A stretch of DNA of 64,000 bases, from the NCBI GenBank assembly GCA_963722385.1, contig CAVRKK010000002.1, positions 1 through 64,000 on the forward strand, read 5' to 3'. Under the pieces are notes generated by a model. That model was not told the DNA's origin, searched no databases, and saw only the letters and a program-made list of their open reading frames with translations. The stretch's first letter is position 1. Every line of letters starts with the position of its first letter. Positions 29,611 to 39,291 of the stretch are shown one piece after another. This DNA comes from an uncultured bacterium. GTDB lineage: Bacteria > Babelota > Babeliae > Babelales > Babelaceae. Made by a program: the position numbers and the translations under genes.

Positions 29611-32166
29611 CTATTTTCGCTGAGCCTCGGACTGCCCCCCAGAGGAATTTTGTCTAATCTTATTTAACTGCTCGCTAATTTCCTGCAGCCCTATTGGGCG
29701 TGATCTTTTATAGGCAACTCTATTAGCGTAAGCGTCGCTAAAAAAAGTTACGAGGTCGTGGATATGTTCACGATCACTCACTCTTTTAAATACGTACGTG
29801 TTTGGACACATACACTCTGATGGCCATGCTGTACTAAATCGCCGAGTACCCACTCTGAAACTAACCTCATTATACGGTCGATCCAAGCACTCTTTCATGG
29901 CTTTAGGGCTTATCCTGTTGGCAATGAATACATCTTCAAAAATGTTGAGACCCTTTGGCGGAATACCAAAGCAATCTACATCGCTCTGGCACGTTAACCT
30001 TTTAAGATGAAACAGTTTAGATGACGACAATTGAGGACAGGCAAAAAAGCTCTCAATAATCTGCGAAAACCTATGTCCTGGAGCACTAATACTGGCAAGA
30101 GTATGCACAGCCTTGCCGGGTATCATAGAGACGAAGGCAGGTTCTGCGCTCAGTGGTGCAAGAGCAAGCGTACCAGCTATATTTTGCCAATCGAGAAAAA
30201 TAACATCGGTATCGCCAGGCACCGTAATAAGAGCACCCTGCGTACCCGCCTGCCAGCGACTCAGTGAAAAGAAAGATCCCTGGACGTCAATAACACGAAA
30301 AGATGTGGCAAAAGGCAACCTAATAGACGGTATATTTCTCACATGCTCACGCTTGAGCGGCCGATGGGCACGAGGAACCCTAAAAAAAACCTTTTCAAAC
30401 CATCTACAAACAACTCGCCAGGCCGTTTGGCAATAAGCTTTCCATGAGCACGTGAACACCTGCGCATCCTCGAGCGGCTGCTTACTAACAAGCAGCGGGC
30501 TACAGCAGCCCAACAAGTCCTTGAGTGATCCCGCGGTAACAGGTTCGCATCCTGCGCGATCAAAAAACAACCGCAGCTTATAAGGGCTATCGATGGCAAG
30601 AGCTTGACGTTGGGGATCGACGAGTGCGCTATAGGGTATATCAAAAAATTGGCCTTGTAATCGATCCTGATAATAGGATAATAGTATGCGAGGAGCAACC
30701 AAGAGAGACGGCGCTTCGGTAAGCACATCGGCAACAACAGTAAAAGAGAGCGTCAGAGGTTGGTGATGGCGAGGGTCCCAGTAGGCATCAAGAAAATGTT
30801 GCCCCCCTGCCGAGCAGCTCGAATAAAAGAACAAGCGAGTCATAAGCAACCGATCAAGAAATCTCAAAAATTTGGTAAATTGGCCTCGGCTAAGTCCAGC
30901 AATATTATTAGCGCTATTTAACAAGGCAATATTACTTTTGGTCACCTGTATATTGCCAAGGCATTTTTTAATATTCTCCTGACATAGTTGCACATTGCTT
31001 TGAGCTCGAATATAGCTTTCAGCAACGTAAGTATCATAATTTTTACCCTGCCTATCAAGCACTTTTTTTAGGTCACCGGTTTTTGCTTGCCATGCTTTTT
31101 TCTGCTTTACCAACGTACGCAAATCACGATAGCATGATTCCAGCGCTTTTTTTTCATGAGCAATACGTGCGGGAGCTTCTTGGTCAAAACTGCCATGGCC
31201 TATCATGTAAAAAATCCACTCGCCTGCTACGTGCGCGGGAAAGCGCTCTTTTGTGATGAAAAGCTCCCGCATTAAAGGCAAGAAAGAGTCATGATAGGCC
31301 TGTACAGAGTCAGAAGAAAGTGGCTCGAGGGAGAACGGCTGCATTACAAATGGGTACTGCTCATGCATAATACCAAGTACGTATTCCTCATGGCTGATGC
31401 GATCATCACGCCAATCAATAACGGTTCGTTCTTTTAAGCAATGCGCTCGGTAACTATGTGGGATAAAAAGGTAAAAGGGAGCTTTTTGATGCAGTGGGTG
31501 AATTATGCGCTTTAGGAAATAACGCTCCAGAGGAACATATGAACATATTAAATAAAGCCACAACTCTTGCCAAAGCGGACTAGCTAAGTTCTGCAGAGCT
31601 GGCGGTGCGGAAGACTTATCAAAAAGCGGATCAAGCCTGATCAATTTTTCAAGTTGCTGTTGTTTAGCATCACTCAATCGAACAAACTCCGAAAACCGTT
31701 TGTAGAGGCGATCAAGATACCGGCAACAGTCCTGAAATGAAGCACAGGTGTCTTGACCCTTAAAGCGGGCTCGGCACGCATATTTTTTTGTCAGTTCTGC
31801 ATAATCAAGGGTGACAAAATCATCAAATACTCTCTTATGCTCAACAATCGTCTGCCACAAAGGCACTGGTACTATGATCGGCGCGGCCTCTTGATAGAGC
31901 GCAGTAAGCAACATACCCGATGCTGCCCCAAGCCCCGCCGGTTGGTTGCATACCTCTGCCCCTTCCATAAGCGATTTAGCAAGAGACTCGGTAGCACCGC
32001 ACTCATAAATTATAATCATTTCTCGCGCAGAAGGCGACGCGGCAAGCAACAAAGTTCCTACAACAGAAAGTAGCACAACCAAGGCACTAGAGAGCCAACT
32101 ATAAACAGAGCCTATGAGCATGCTAACCGTCCCACGCAGTAAGTTACCGCATTTGCCAAACATCAA
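29611..32166 (-). CDS. Large hypothetical protein with possible clan CD (caspase-like) His/Cys dyad
   Basis: 851 aa; N-terminal hydrophobic segment; WIFYMIGHGS and LFFYSSCSAGG. Confidence 0.7.
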   Translation of the reverse strand: MMFGKCGNLLRGTVSMLIGSVYSWLSSALVVLLSVVGTLLLAASPSAREMIIIYECGATESLAKSLMEGAEVCNQPAGLGAASGMLLTALYQEAAPIIVPVPLWQTIVEHKRVFDDFVTLDYAELTKKYACRARFKGQDTCASFQDCCRYLDRLYKRFSEFVRLSDAKQQQLEKLIRLDPLFDKSSAPPALQNLASPLWQELWLYLICSYVPLERYFLKRIIHPLHQKAPFYLFIPHSYRAHCLKERTVIDWRDDRISHEEYVLGIMHEQYPFVMQPFSLEPLSSDSVQAYHDSFLPLMRELFITKERFPAHVAGEWIFYMIGHGSFDQEAPARIAHEKKALESCYRDLRTLVKQKKAWQAKTGDLKKVLDRQGKNYDTYVAESYIRAQSNVQLCQENIKKCLGNIQVTKSNIALLNSANNIAGLSRGQFTKFLRFLDRLLMTRLFFYSSCSAGGQHFLDAYWDPRHHQPLTLSFTVVADVLTEAPSLLVAPRILLSYYQDRLQGQFFDIPYSALVDPQRQALAIDSPYKLRLFFDRAGCEPVTAGSLKDLLGCCSPLLVSKQPLEDAQVFTCSWKAYCQTAWRVVCRWFEKVFFRVPRAHRPLKREHVRNIPSIRLPFATSFRVIDVQGSFFSLSRWQAGTQGALITVPGDTDVIFLDWQNIAGTLALAPLSAEPAFVSMIPGKAVHTLASISAPGHRFSQIIESFFACPQLSSSKLFHLKRLTCQSDVDCFGIPPKGLNIFEDVFIANRISPKAMKECLDRPYNEVSFRVGTRRFSTAWPSECMCPNTYVFKRVSDREHIHDLVTFFSDAYANRVAYKRSRPIGLQEISEQLNKIRQNSSGGQSEAQRK

Positions 32167-32222
32167 ATTCGCAGTATACTAAACTAATGATTTAATTTGA
32201 ATTTTTAGGTACGGCAATACTT

Positions 32223-33530
32223 ATGGCTATAACCCCCTCTCTCGAGACCATCGTTTCCCTTTGTAAGCGACGCGGCTTTGTGTTCTCATCAAGCGAAATT
32301 TATGGTGGCCTGAATGGCGTCTATGACATGGGGCCGCTCGGCACACTCATGCGCAACAATATACGAGCTGCTTGGGCCCAAAGCTTGCATGATTTGGATT
32401 ACGATATCCTCTTTATTGATGGTGCCGTGCTCGGTCCTTCGGCGCTATGGGAAGCTTCCGGTCACGTTGCCCATTTTCAAGACCCACTCATTGACTGCTT
32501 AACGTGCAAGCACCGCTATCGTGCTGATGATATCGACTTGACCAAAGGCTGTCCTCATTGTGGCGCACGAACTTGGACTGAGGTACGACAATTTAATATG
32601 ATGTTTCAGACACAGGTAGGCGCTTCGGCCGAACAGGCAAGTATTGCCTATCTTCGCCCCGAAACAGCACAAACCGTTTTTGCCAATTTTAAAAACGTCA
32701 TTTCGTCGAACCGTGTAAAACTCCCTTTTGGCATTGCGCAGATTGGCAAAGCTTTTAGAAACGAAATAACGCCTAAGCAGTTTATTTTTCGGGTGCGCGA
32801 ATTTGAGCAAATGGAGCTTGAATGGTTTTGTGCTGAGGCCAAGGCGCTTGAATTTTTTAACTTCTGGCGTGATCAACGTCATCACTTTTTTCAAGCAATC
32901 GGCATAAAACCAGAAAATATTCGCGTTCGTAATCACGACAAGGGAGAGCTTGCCCATTATTCGCAAGCCACATCGGATATAGAGTATCTGTTCCCTTTTG
33001 GCTGGAAGGAGCTTGAAGGGGTTGCATATCGTGGTGATTTTGATTTAAGGCAGCACAGTGCTCATTCGGGCAAAGACTTGAGCGTTTACGATGAAGAAAC
33101 GCAAACATCATATATACCCCATGTTGTTGAGTGCTCGGTTGGCATAGATCGGCTTATGTTAGCACTCCTTTGTGATGCATTTGATGAAGAAGTTATTGAT
33201 AGCGAGGTGCGTACGGTTCTACGCCTTTCCGCACAGATTGCCCCTATTAAGGCTGCTTTTTTACCCTTAACGAAGGCTCAGGATGAAAATGCCCGAGCGC
33301 TCTATACAAATTTTAAGCGCAAAGGCTACGCTGTCCAATACGATGTTTCTGGTTCCATTGGCCGTCGCTACCGGCGCCAAGATGAGATCGGCACGCCCTA
33401 TTGTTTTACGTATGACTTCGAAAGTAGCGCTGATAACTCGGTTACGGTCCGACATCGCGACAGCATGAAGCAGGAGCGTATTGCGATCGATGCAATTCAA
33501 CAATTTTTAGATACTTTTATCAGAAAATAA
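32223..33530 (+). CDS. glyQS: Glycine--tRNA ligase, dimeric (alpha2) type
   Basis: LCKRRGF, YLRPETAQ, FRNEITP, FRVREFEQME, GSIGRRYRRQDEIGTP. Confidence 0.96.
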   Translation: MAITPSLETIVSLCKRRGFVFSSSEIYGGLNGVYDMGPLGTLMRNNIRAAWAQSLHDLDYDILFIDGAVLGPSALWEASGHVAHFQDPLIDCLTCKHRYRADDIDLTKGCPHCGARTWTEVRQFNMMFQTQVGASAEQASIAYLRPETAQTVFANFKNVISSNRVKLPFGIAQIGKAFRNEITPKQFIFRVREFEQMELEWFCAEAKALEFFNFWRDQRHHFFQAIGIKPENIRVRNHDKGELAHYSQATSDIEYLFPFGWKELEGVAYRGDFDLRQHSAHSGKDLSVYDEETQTSYIPHVVECSVGIDRLMLALLCDAFDEEVIDSEVRTVLRLSAQIAPIKAAFLPLTKAQDENARALYTNFKRKGYAVQYDVSGSIGRRYRRQDEIGTPYCFTYDFESSADNSVTVRHRDSMKQERIAIDAIQQFLDTFIRK

Positions 33531-33532
33531 TT

Positions 33533-34108
33533 ATGAAAAAACTGTATATATGGGCCCGGGAAAAAGTTCGTAGCCCATATGCGCTTATTGTCTTTGCATT
33601 TCTTGCTTTTATTGAAGCTGTCCTTTTTATGCCCGTTAATACGCTGCTTATCATATACGGCATCGAATGGCCTAAACGTGCGTGGACCTATGCTACTATT
33701 GCTCTCGTGGCTAGCGTCATCGGGGCCGCCATCGCTTATGTTCTAGGATTAACGCTTTCATACGCCGGGGCACAACAAGTGCTCTACTGGTTTTTTTCCC
33801 CAGCCAAGCTTGAGCAGCTTGCTCACCGGTATTGCCAAAATACGATAGTGCTTGTTTTTACCTATAGTTTACTGCCCTTGCCCTTTAAGCTTATTACCTT
33901 AAGCGCCGGTTTTTTTCATGTTCCTTTTATTCCCTTTATCTTGAGCGTTATTGGCGCCCGTTTTATTCGTTTTTTTAGCATAGCTCTTGGCATTCGGCTT
34001 TGGGGTGAGCGCATTCAAAAAATTGTTGATCGGCACTTCATGCTTTTTGTATGCTTAACCATCGTAACTCTGGCCATCATGATCTGGTTTTTTTATTTTT
34101 ATCCGTGA
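33533..34108 (+). CDS. YqaA/DedA (VTT) family membrane protein
   Basis: AFIEA, ASVIGA, PLPFKLITLSAG, ARFIRF. Confidence 0.88.
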   Translation: MKKLYIWAREKVRSPYALIVFAFLAFIEAVLFMPVNTLLIIYGIEWPKRAWTYATIALVASVIGAAIAYVLGLTLSYAGAQQVLYWFFSPAKLEQLAHRYCQNTIVLVFTYSLLPLPFKLITLSAGFFHVPFIPFILSVIGARFIRFFSIALGIRLWGERIQKIVDRHFMLFVCLTIVTLAIMIWFFYFYP

Positions 34109-34153
34109 GCATTTATGAAAAACTCTTTTTTTACCAATGTTCTGTGGTGACCC

Positions 34154-35488
34154 GTGCCCCTCCAAAAGTCAGCACGCTTAACACCATGGCGCTTGGTTAT
34201 GCTCGCTCTTTTTATTACGCTAAGCTGCGGCGTACTCCTTTTGTCGCTACCCTGGGCGTACACACAACCAGTTGCTCTTATTGATCTTATCTTTACCGCC
34301 GTATCAGCAACCTCTGGCACCGGCCTTTTAACGGTGCCGCTTGAGTCTTTTACAATGTTTGGCCACCTGGTTATTTTAGCGCTTATTCAAATTGGGGGTC
34401 TTGGCATCATTACGTTCAGCATTTTTTTGATTTCATTCTTTATGGAGCTTGGTTTAGGGACACAGGTCATGGCCGGGAGCTTATTAGAGCTTGAAAGTAT
34501 ACGTCGTGCTCGCAAACTTATTACATTCATCGTCATCGTTACGCTGTGTAGCGAGCTTATTGGGACCCTTCTTATTTGGGCTTCCATGCCATCACCCTCT
34601 TCCGGAGCATCACCCCTTTTTCATGCATTATTTCACTCAGTATCCGCATTTTGCAATACAGGAATGACGTTTTTCCCCTTGACGCAGCCAGCTCTCAGGA
34701 ATAACAGCGTGCTTCTCTTGGTAACAGCGCTCTTGGCGACGCTCGGCGGACTGGGCTTTATAAGCTTACATGATATTATTATGCGTATATGGGCAAGCTA
34801 TCGAAAAAAGCGCGCGCATATTTCACTTCACACTAAAATTGTGGTGGCGATAACCTGTTATATTACCGTAATTGCGTGTTGCTTGATCTGCTTGCTTGAA
34901 TACAGGGCTGGCTTCGCGCACCTAACCATTCCTGCCAAGCTCGTCAATGCGCTCTTTGATGCTGTTTGTGCACGAAGTGCCGGTTTTACCACACTTGACA
35001 TAGCAATGATACGTTTGCCTACCTTGCTTCTTATTATTATGGTTACGTTTATCGGGTCATCGCCTGGGTCAACGGGGGGTGGTATTAAAACAACAACATT
35101 TGCAATTTTATATGCAACTATACGGGCAGTTATTTCTGGTCGCATGACGGTAGAACTGCGCGAGCGCACCGTTCCACCGGACCAGGTTCTTAAAGCCATG
35201 GCGGTATTTTCGCTTAGTTTAACGTGGATTTCAATCGCGTTATTCTTATTATTAATCACTGAAGAAGGTTTTGGGCTTACCAACTTGATGTTCGAAGCAT
35301 TTTCAGCCTTTGCTAATCTCGGCCTTTCAACGGGCATAACGCCCCACCTGTCCCGCGCAGGCAAGTGGCTTATTATGGCACTTATGATTATCGGGCGAAT
35401 CGGTTCGCTAACGCTGATTTTTGCGCTCAGACCGCGTCAAGAAAAGGTTGGTTACCGTTACCCCGAAGAGCGTGTTGCGTTAAGCTAG
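34154..35488 (+). CDS. ktrB: TrkH/KtrB potassium uptake membrane subunit
   Basis: TAVSATSGTGL, SAFCNTG, RSAGF, PGSTGGGIK, SAFANLGLS. Confidence 0.92.
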   Translation: MPLQKSARLTPWRLVMLALFITLSCGVLLLSLPWAYTQPVALIDLIFTAVSATSGTGLLTVPLESFTMFGHLVILALIQIGGLGIITFSIFLISFFMELGLGTQVMAGSLLELESIRRARKLITFIVIVTLCSELIGTLLIWASMPSPSSGASPLFHALFHSVSAFCNTGMTFFPLTQPALRNNSVLLLVTALLATLGGLGFISLHDIIMRIWASYRKKRAHISLHTKIVVAITCYITVIACCLICLLEYRAGFAHLTIPAKLVNALFDAVCARSAGFTTLDIAMIRLPTLLLIIMVTFIGSSPGSTGGGIKTTTFAILYATIRAVISGRMTVELRERTVPPDQVLKAMAVFSLSLTWISIALFLLLITEEGFGLTNLMFEAFSAFANLGLSTGITPHLSRAGKWLIMALMIIGRIGSLTLIFALRPRQEKVGYRYPEERVALS

Positions 35489-35569
35489 CAATTTAATTAT
35501 AAAAACTTGACCTGGTTTGCACCAAACCAGTATCCTTTGGATAATTACCCACGAAACAAAAGAGCAATT

Positions 35570-37192
35570 ATGATGACCTTTGCCGATTTTAATCTTTTGC
35601 CTGAAATTCAGGAAGCCTTGAACATGCTCGGTTTTACTCAACCGACGGAGATTCAAAAAATAGCAATTCCGCTCCTTTTATCTGAAAAAAATATAGATTT
35701 TCATGGGCAGGCGCAAACGGGTACCGGTAAAACGCTTGCCTTTGGAATTCCCCTTTTACAACGCCTCGATCACACTAAAAAGGTACCACAGGCATTGATT
35801 GTGGCTCCTACCAGAGAGCTTGCTGTCCAGATTTACGAAAACATTTCGCGGGTCTCCAAAAAATTACCGATCAAGCTCGCTGTGATTTATGGTGGCGTCT
35901 CCTTCGAAGAGCAAAAAAGAGCAATTGCGCAGGGAGCCCAAATTATAGTTGGCACCCCTGGCCGTCTTAACGATCATCTCCGTCGTAAAACCCTGTCCCT
36001 CGGAGCTGTTCGAACGTTAGTATTAGATGAAGCTGATATCATGCTCGATATGGGCTTCAAAGAAGAAATCGACGAGATTTTAAGCTATCTTCCTAAAAAT
36101 CGGGAAATTTGGCTTTTTTCAGCAACCGTCAAACCTGGCATTAGCGAGATAATGAAGTCACATATGAAGGACACGGTTTCTGTACGCGTTGCTCCGAAGC
36201 CCGTTGAAGCGCAAAAGACCAAGCAATATTACTGCATTGTACCGGTAAAATATCGATTACATGCGATCACCCGATTTATCCAGAGTGCTCCTGATTTTTA
36301 TGGCATTATTTTTTGTAGGACAAAAGAGCTCGTAGCTGAGCTCGCAGCCCAGCTGCTAAAGCATGATTATAGCGTCGAGGCGCTCCATGGCGATTTAAGC
36401 CAGGTTCAGCGCAACCGTGTTATTAAAAGATTTAGGCAGCGGGAGTTTTCCATCTTGGTTGCTACAGACGTTGCTGCACGAGGTATCGATATTGCGGACC
36501 TAACGCACGTTATTAACTATTCAGTCCCTGAGGATTTAGAAAGTTATGTTCACCGGATAGGAAGGACGGGGCGGGCTGGCAAAGAAGGTATTGCCATTAC
36601 CCTGATCAGCGCGAACGAGCAGCGGATTATCAGGCATTTAGAACGGAGATTTTCCCTTACGATCGAGCCTATCGATGTACCATCGCGCCAGCAACTTATT
36701 GCCACACGACTTATGCAAGCGCAAAAGTACCTCAGCGAGCTCCCTGATACTATTGAAGGCGCGTATAAGGAAGTTGAGCCCTTTATTATGTTTTTGCCCG
36801 TAGAAAAGCTTAAAGTGGCAGTAGCGAATCTACTCTATGCCAAGTTCTGCGCAACGCTCGATCTTGAGGATATTTCATACACCCATGTCGAGGTACCGAG
36901 CAACCAGTTACAAGAAATTTCTATTACGGCAGGCTCTGAGGAAGGTGTTACGAAAGAGATGATTTTGAGTTATCTAGACAAAGCCGGCATGCGTGCTGAC
37001 CAGATCAAGACGATTCGCATTATTAAGCATCGAACGTTTGTAAAGTTGGCAGCAGAATGCTCGCCGGAGCTTCTTAGTGCATTACGAGCAACGGGGCTTG
37101 ATAATAAAAAAGTACGCGTTAGCCTGACATGCGTCGTTCCTGAAGAGGTAGCGGAAAGGAAAAGAAGGTTTAGGCCACGGCGGCGGCGGTAA
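35570..37192 (+). CDS. DEAD-box RNA helicase (DeaD/CshA-like)
   Basis: QAQTGTGKT, PTRELA, DEAD, SAT, HRIGRTGR, DbpA-like C-terminal domain. Confidence 0.95.
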   Translation: MMTFADFNLLPEIQEALNMLGFTQPTEIQKIAIPLLLSEKNIDFHGQAQTGTGKTLAFGIPLLQRLDHTKKVPQALIVAPTRELAVQIYENISRVSKKLPIKLAVIYGGVSFEEQKRAIAQGAQIIVGTPGRLNDHLRRKTLSLGAVRTLVLDEADIMLDMGFKEEIDEILSYLPKNREIWLFSATVKPGISEIMKSHMKDTVSVRVAPKPVEAQKTKQYYCIVPVKYRLHAITRFIQSAPDFYGIIFCRTKELVAELAAQLLKHDYSVEALHGDLSQVQRNRVIKRFRQREFSILVATDVAARGIDIADLTHVINYSVPEDLESYVHRIGRTGRAGKEGIAITLISANEQRIIRHLERRFSLTIEPIDVPSRQQLIATRLMQAQKYLSELPDTIEGAYKEVEPFIMFLPVEKLKVAVANLLYAKFCATLDLEDISYTHVEVPSNQLQEISITAGSEEGVTKEMILSYLDKAGMRADQIKTIRIIKHRTFVKLAAECSPELLSALRATGLDNKKVRVSLTCVVPEEVAERKRRFRPRRRR

Positions 37193-37239
37193 GAGAGAAT
37201 CTCGACTACACGGCTGACGGCGCCAAGGCTACGGATGAG

Positions 37240-37657
37240 AATGCTTACGCAGCGGACGCGCCTATGCGGCGAGCACACCTACGCGGTGGGCGGCATGGCG
37301 GCGGCCCTGCACCCACACCAATATGCGTAGTAGCGCATATTGTGTCCGTAGCAGCCTTTGGTAACAAAGGCGCAAAGCGAAGGGATTTTATTTCTTGCTG
37401 TATATGCTCATTTTTTGTAACTCGTGTGAATGCTCTAAGCATGCGATGCGCATGCTTAGAGCTACCGCAATCTTCCTGACGGAAGATAGAAAGCGATATT
37501 ATTTTTTTATCATGAAGCGTAGCGACATGATAATGGCGTAAGTTATCGTACGCTTTGGCGTACGATAACTACCAAACCTAACATATGCGTTATATTGCGC
37601 ATCGGGATAGCTAAGGGACGATGTCCCTTAGCCGCCAGCCGCGCAGGCGATTAGATT
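37240..37657 (+). repeat. Structured intergenic repeat, copy C (longest)
   Basis: Homologous to copies A and B; carries two extra inserted hairpins. Confidence 0.9.
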
Positions 37658-37762
37658 CAACATTACATCGCCAAAGGAAGCAACTCAAGGCAGTTCGTGC
37701 TTATCAAAAAGGGCTAAATTGATTAAGCTATTAAAGTAAACAAGAGTTTTTTGAGGAAATAT

Positions 37763-38404
37763 ATGAGATTTTGTGTTATCGGTGTTGGGCGATTTGGCTT
37801 TCAGGTCGCTACGACCCTGGCTGACCACGGCATGGAGGTCCTTGCTGTTGATAGCAACGAGTCGATCATAGCGTCTATTCGAGACCGCGTGACGCATGCT
37901 ATCTGCATGCAGATAGGGGATGAAACATCACTGCGTACTATTGGCGTTGAAGATATGGGCACGGTAATCGTCGCAATGGGAGAAAATTTTGCCCAATCAA
38001 TTCTGGTTACCGCGCTCTTAAAGCAGAGACTCCAAGTCCCACGCGTTATAGCACGCGCCGTTAATGAAATTCATCAAGAAATCCTAACCCTTGTTGGCGC
38101 TGATCAGGTAGTCTTACCCGAACAGGAGATGGGCGTCCGCTTAGCGGACACACTGAGCCTCCCCTTTAACGTTGCTGCCCGCTTAGCGCCCACCTACGCA
38201 ATTAGTCAGCAAAGGGCACCTGAACGATTTGTAGGTAAAACTATTGAGTCACTCGATCTGTGCTCGATATACCACGTTCAGTTTATTGGCCTAAAAACGG
38301 ATGACGGGGTCATCAGGTCTGAGCCAGACTATATTATTCAGGATGACGACGTTCTGCTTATCGCGGGCTCAAATAAGGAACTTGCTCGAATAGCAGCCCT
38401 TTAG
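37763..38404 (+). CDS. ktrA: TrkA/KtrA potassium uptake regulatory subunit
   Basis: VIGVGRFG Rossmann motif, VIARA, GADQVVLPE. Confidence 0.92.
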   Translation: MRFCVIGVGRFGFQVATTLADHGMEVLAVDSNESIIASIRDRVTHAICMQIGDETSLRTIGVEDMGTVIVAMGENFAQSILVTALLKQRLQVPRVIARAVNEIHQEILTLVGADQVVLPEQEMGVRLADTLSLPFNVAARLAPTYAISQQRAPERFVGKTIESLDLCSIYHVQFIGLKTDDGVIRSEPDYIIQDDDVLLIAGSNKELARIAAL

Positions 38405-39291
38405 GAACTTTTCCTCTTCTTTTTGAGCGTAATAGAATAAGTGCTTTTGTGAGCTTGCTTGGCATCTTTCAAATATTGATCATCTAAAAGCGCTATGATG
38501 CTCGGCAATTCGCTGAAAAAGTCTTTCCGCATAAAATCAAGATGTCCTAAGGCTCGGTTGCGCCACCGTATTTTTGCTTGTTTAATATTGCTCGCCGGCG
38601 CAAGCTCACGCCATGAAAAAAACGAGCTAAGGTGCCGTTCTCGTGGAGCATAAAGCTTCTGTGGATCAATAACTTGAATCAGGTCTCCCCCCGAGTAAAG
38701 GTTATAAATTGCTTTAAAAGCAGGAAGGTAGGCATACTGCTCAGTAAAGTCCTGTATCGGACAACCGAGCAAAACCAAGCGATCAATAAAGTAATTCTCA
38801 TCGCCTTTGTTGCGAGCATGTGAAGCGCTATATAAAATTACATTACCACCGTGGCTGTGACCAATAGCGGTTATGGGACAATCTTTAAACTCGGGATTAT
38901 GGCGCAAGCCCATTACCACATAATAAAGGGCTTTGCCAGCTTGCAAGCGACTTAAAGGGCTCAAATTTCCTGACCAGCCATAGAAATAAAATTTATCAAG
39001 GCTGAACAGATCAGGATGTGCATCACAAACTGCCTGCGCAAGCTCAACAAATGCATGGTGAGCGCTGAGCTCGCTCACGTGCTTAAGCCCCTCAGGTGTC
39101 CCCAAATGGCGCGAAAGCATGCGATGAACAAAGCTCGACCCATCTGGCTTAAGAGGAATCAAACGGGTTCCGTGCACCAAAATCGTAATAGGATCCCGAG
39201 CGTTACTTTCAGCCTTTAGCGGTTTTTGAACAGCACCCTGAACATAGAAAGCACTATGCGCTATAATAGCCAATATGTACTTCTTTACCAT
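38401..39291 (-). CDS. Secreted alpha/beta hydrolase-fold protein
   Basis: VHGT, WSG, GHSHGGN nucleophile elbow, DLIQ, GH. Confidence 0.8.
   Translation of the reverse strand: MVKKYILAIIAHSAFYVQGAVQKPLKAESNARDPITILVHGTRLIPLKPDGSSFVHRMLSRHLGTPEGLKHVSELSAHHAFVELAQAVCDAHPDLFSLDKFYFYGWSGNLSPLSRLQAGKALYYVVMGLRHNPEFKDCPITAIGHSHGGNVILYSASHARNKGDENYFIDRLVLLGCPIQDFTEQYAYLPAFKAIYNLYSGGDLIQVIDPQKLYAPRERHLSSFFSWRELAPASNIKQAKIRWRNRALGHLDFMRKDFFSELPSIIALLDDQYLKDAKQAHKSTYSITLKKKRKSS

Noticed and set aside
37245..37479. Short ORFs inside repeat copy C
   Set aside because: The frames are not conserved in copies A and B; conservation is structural.
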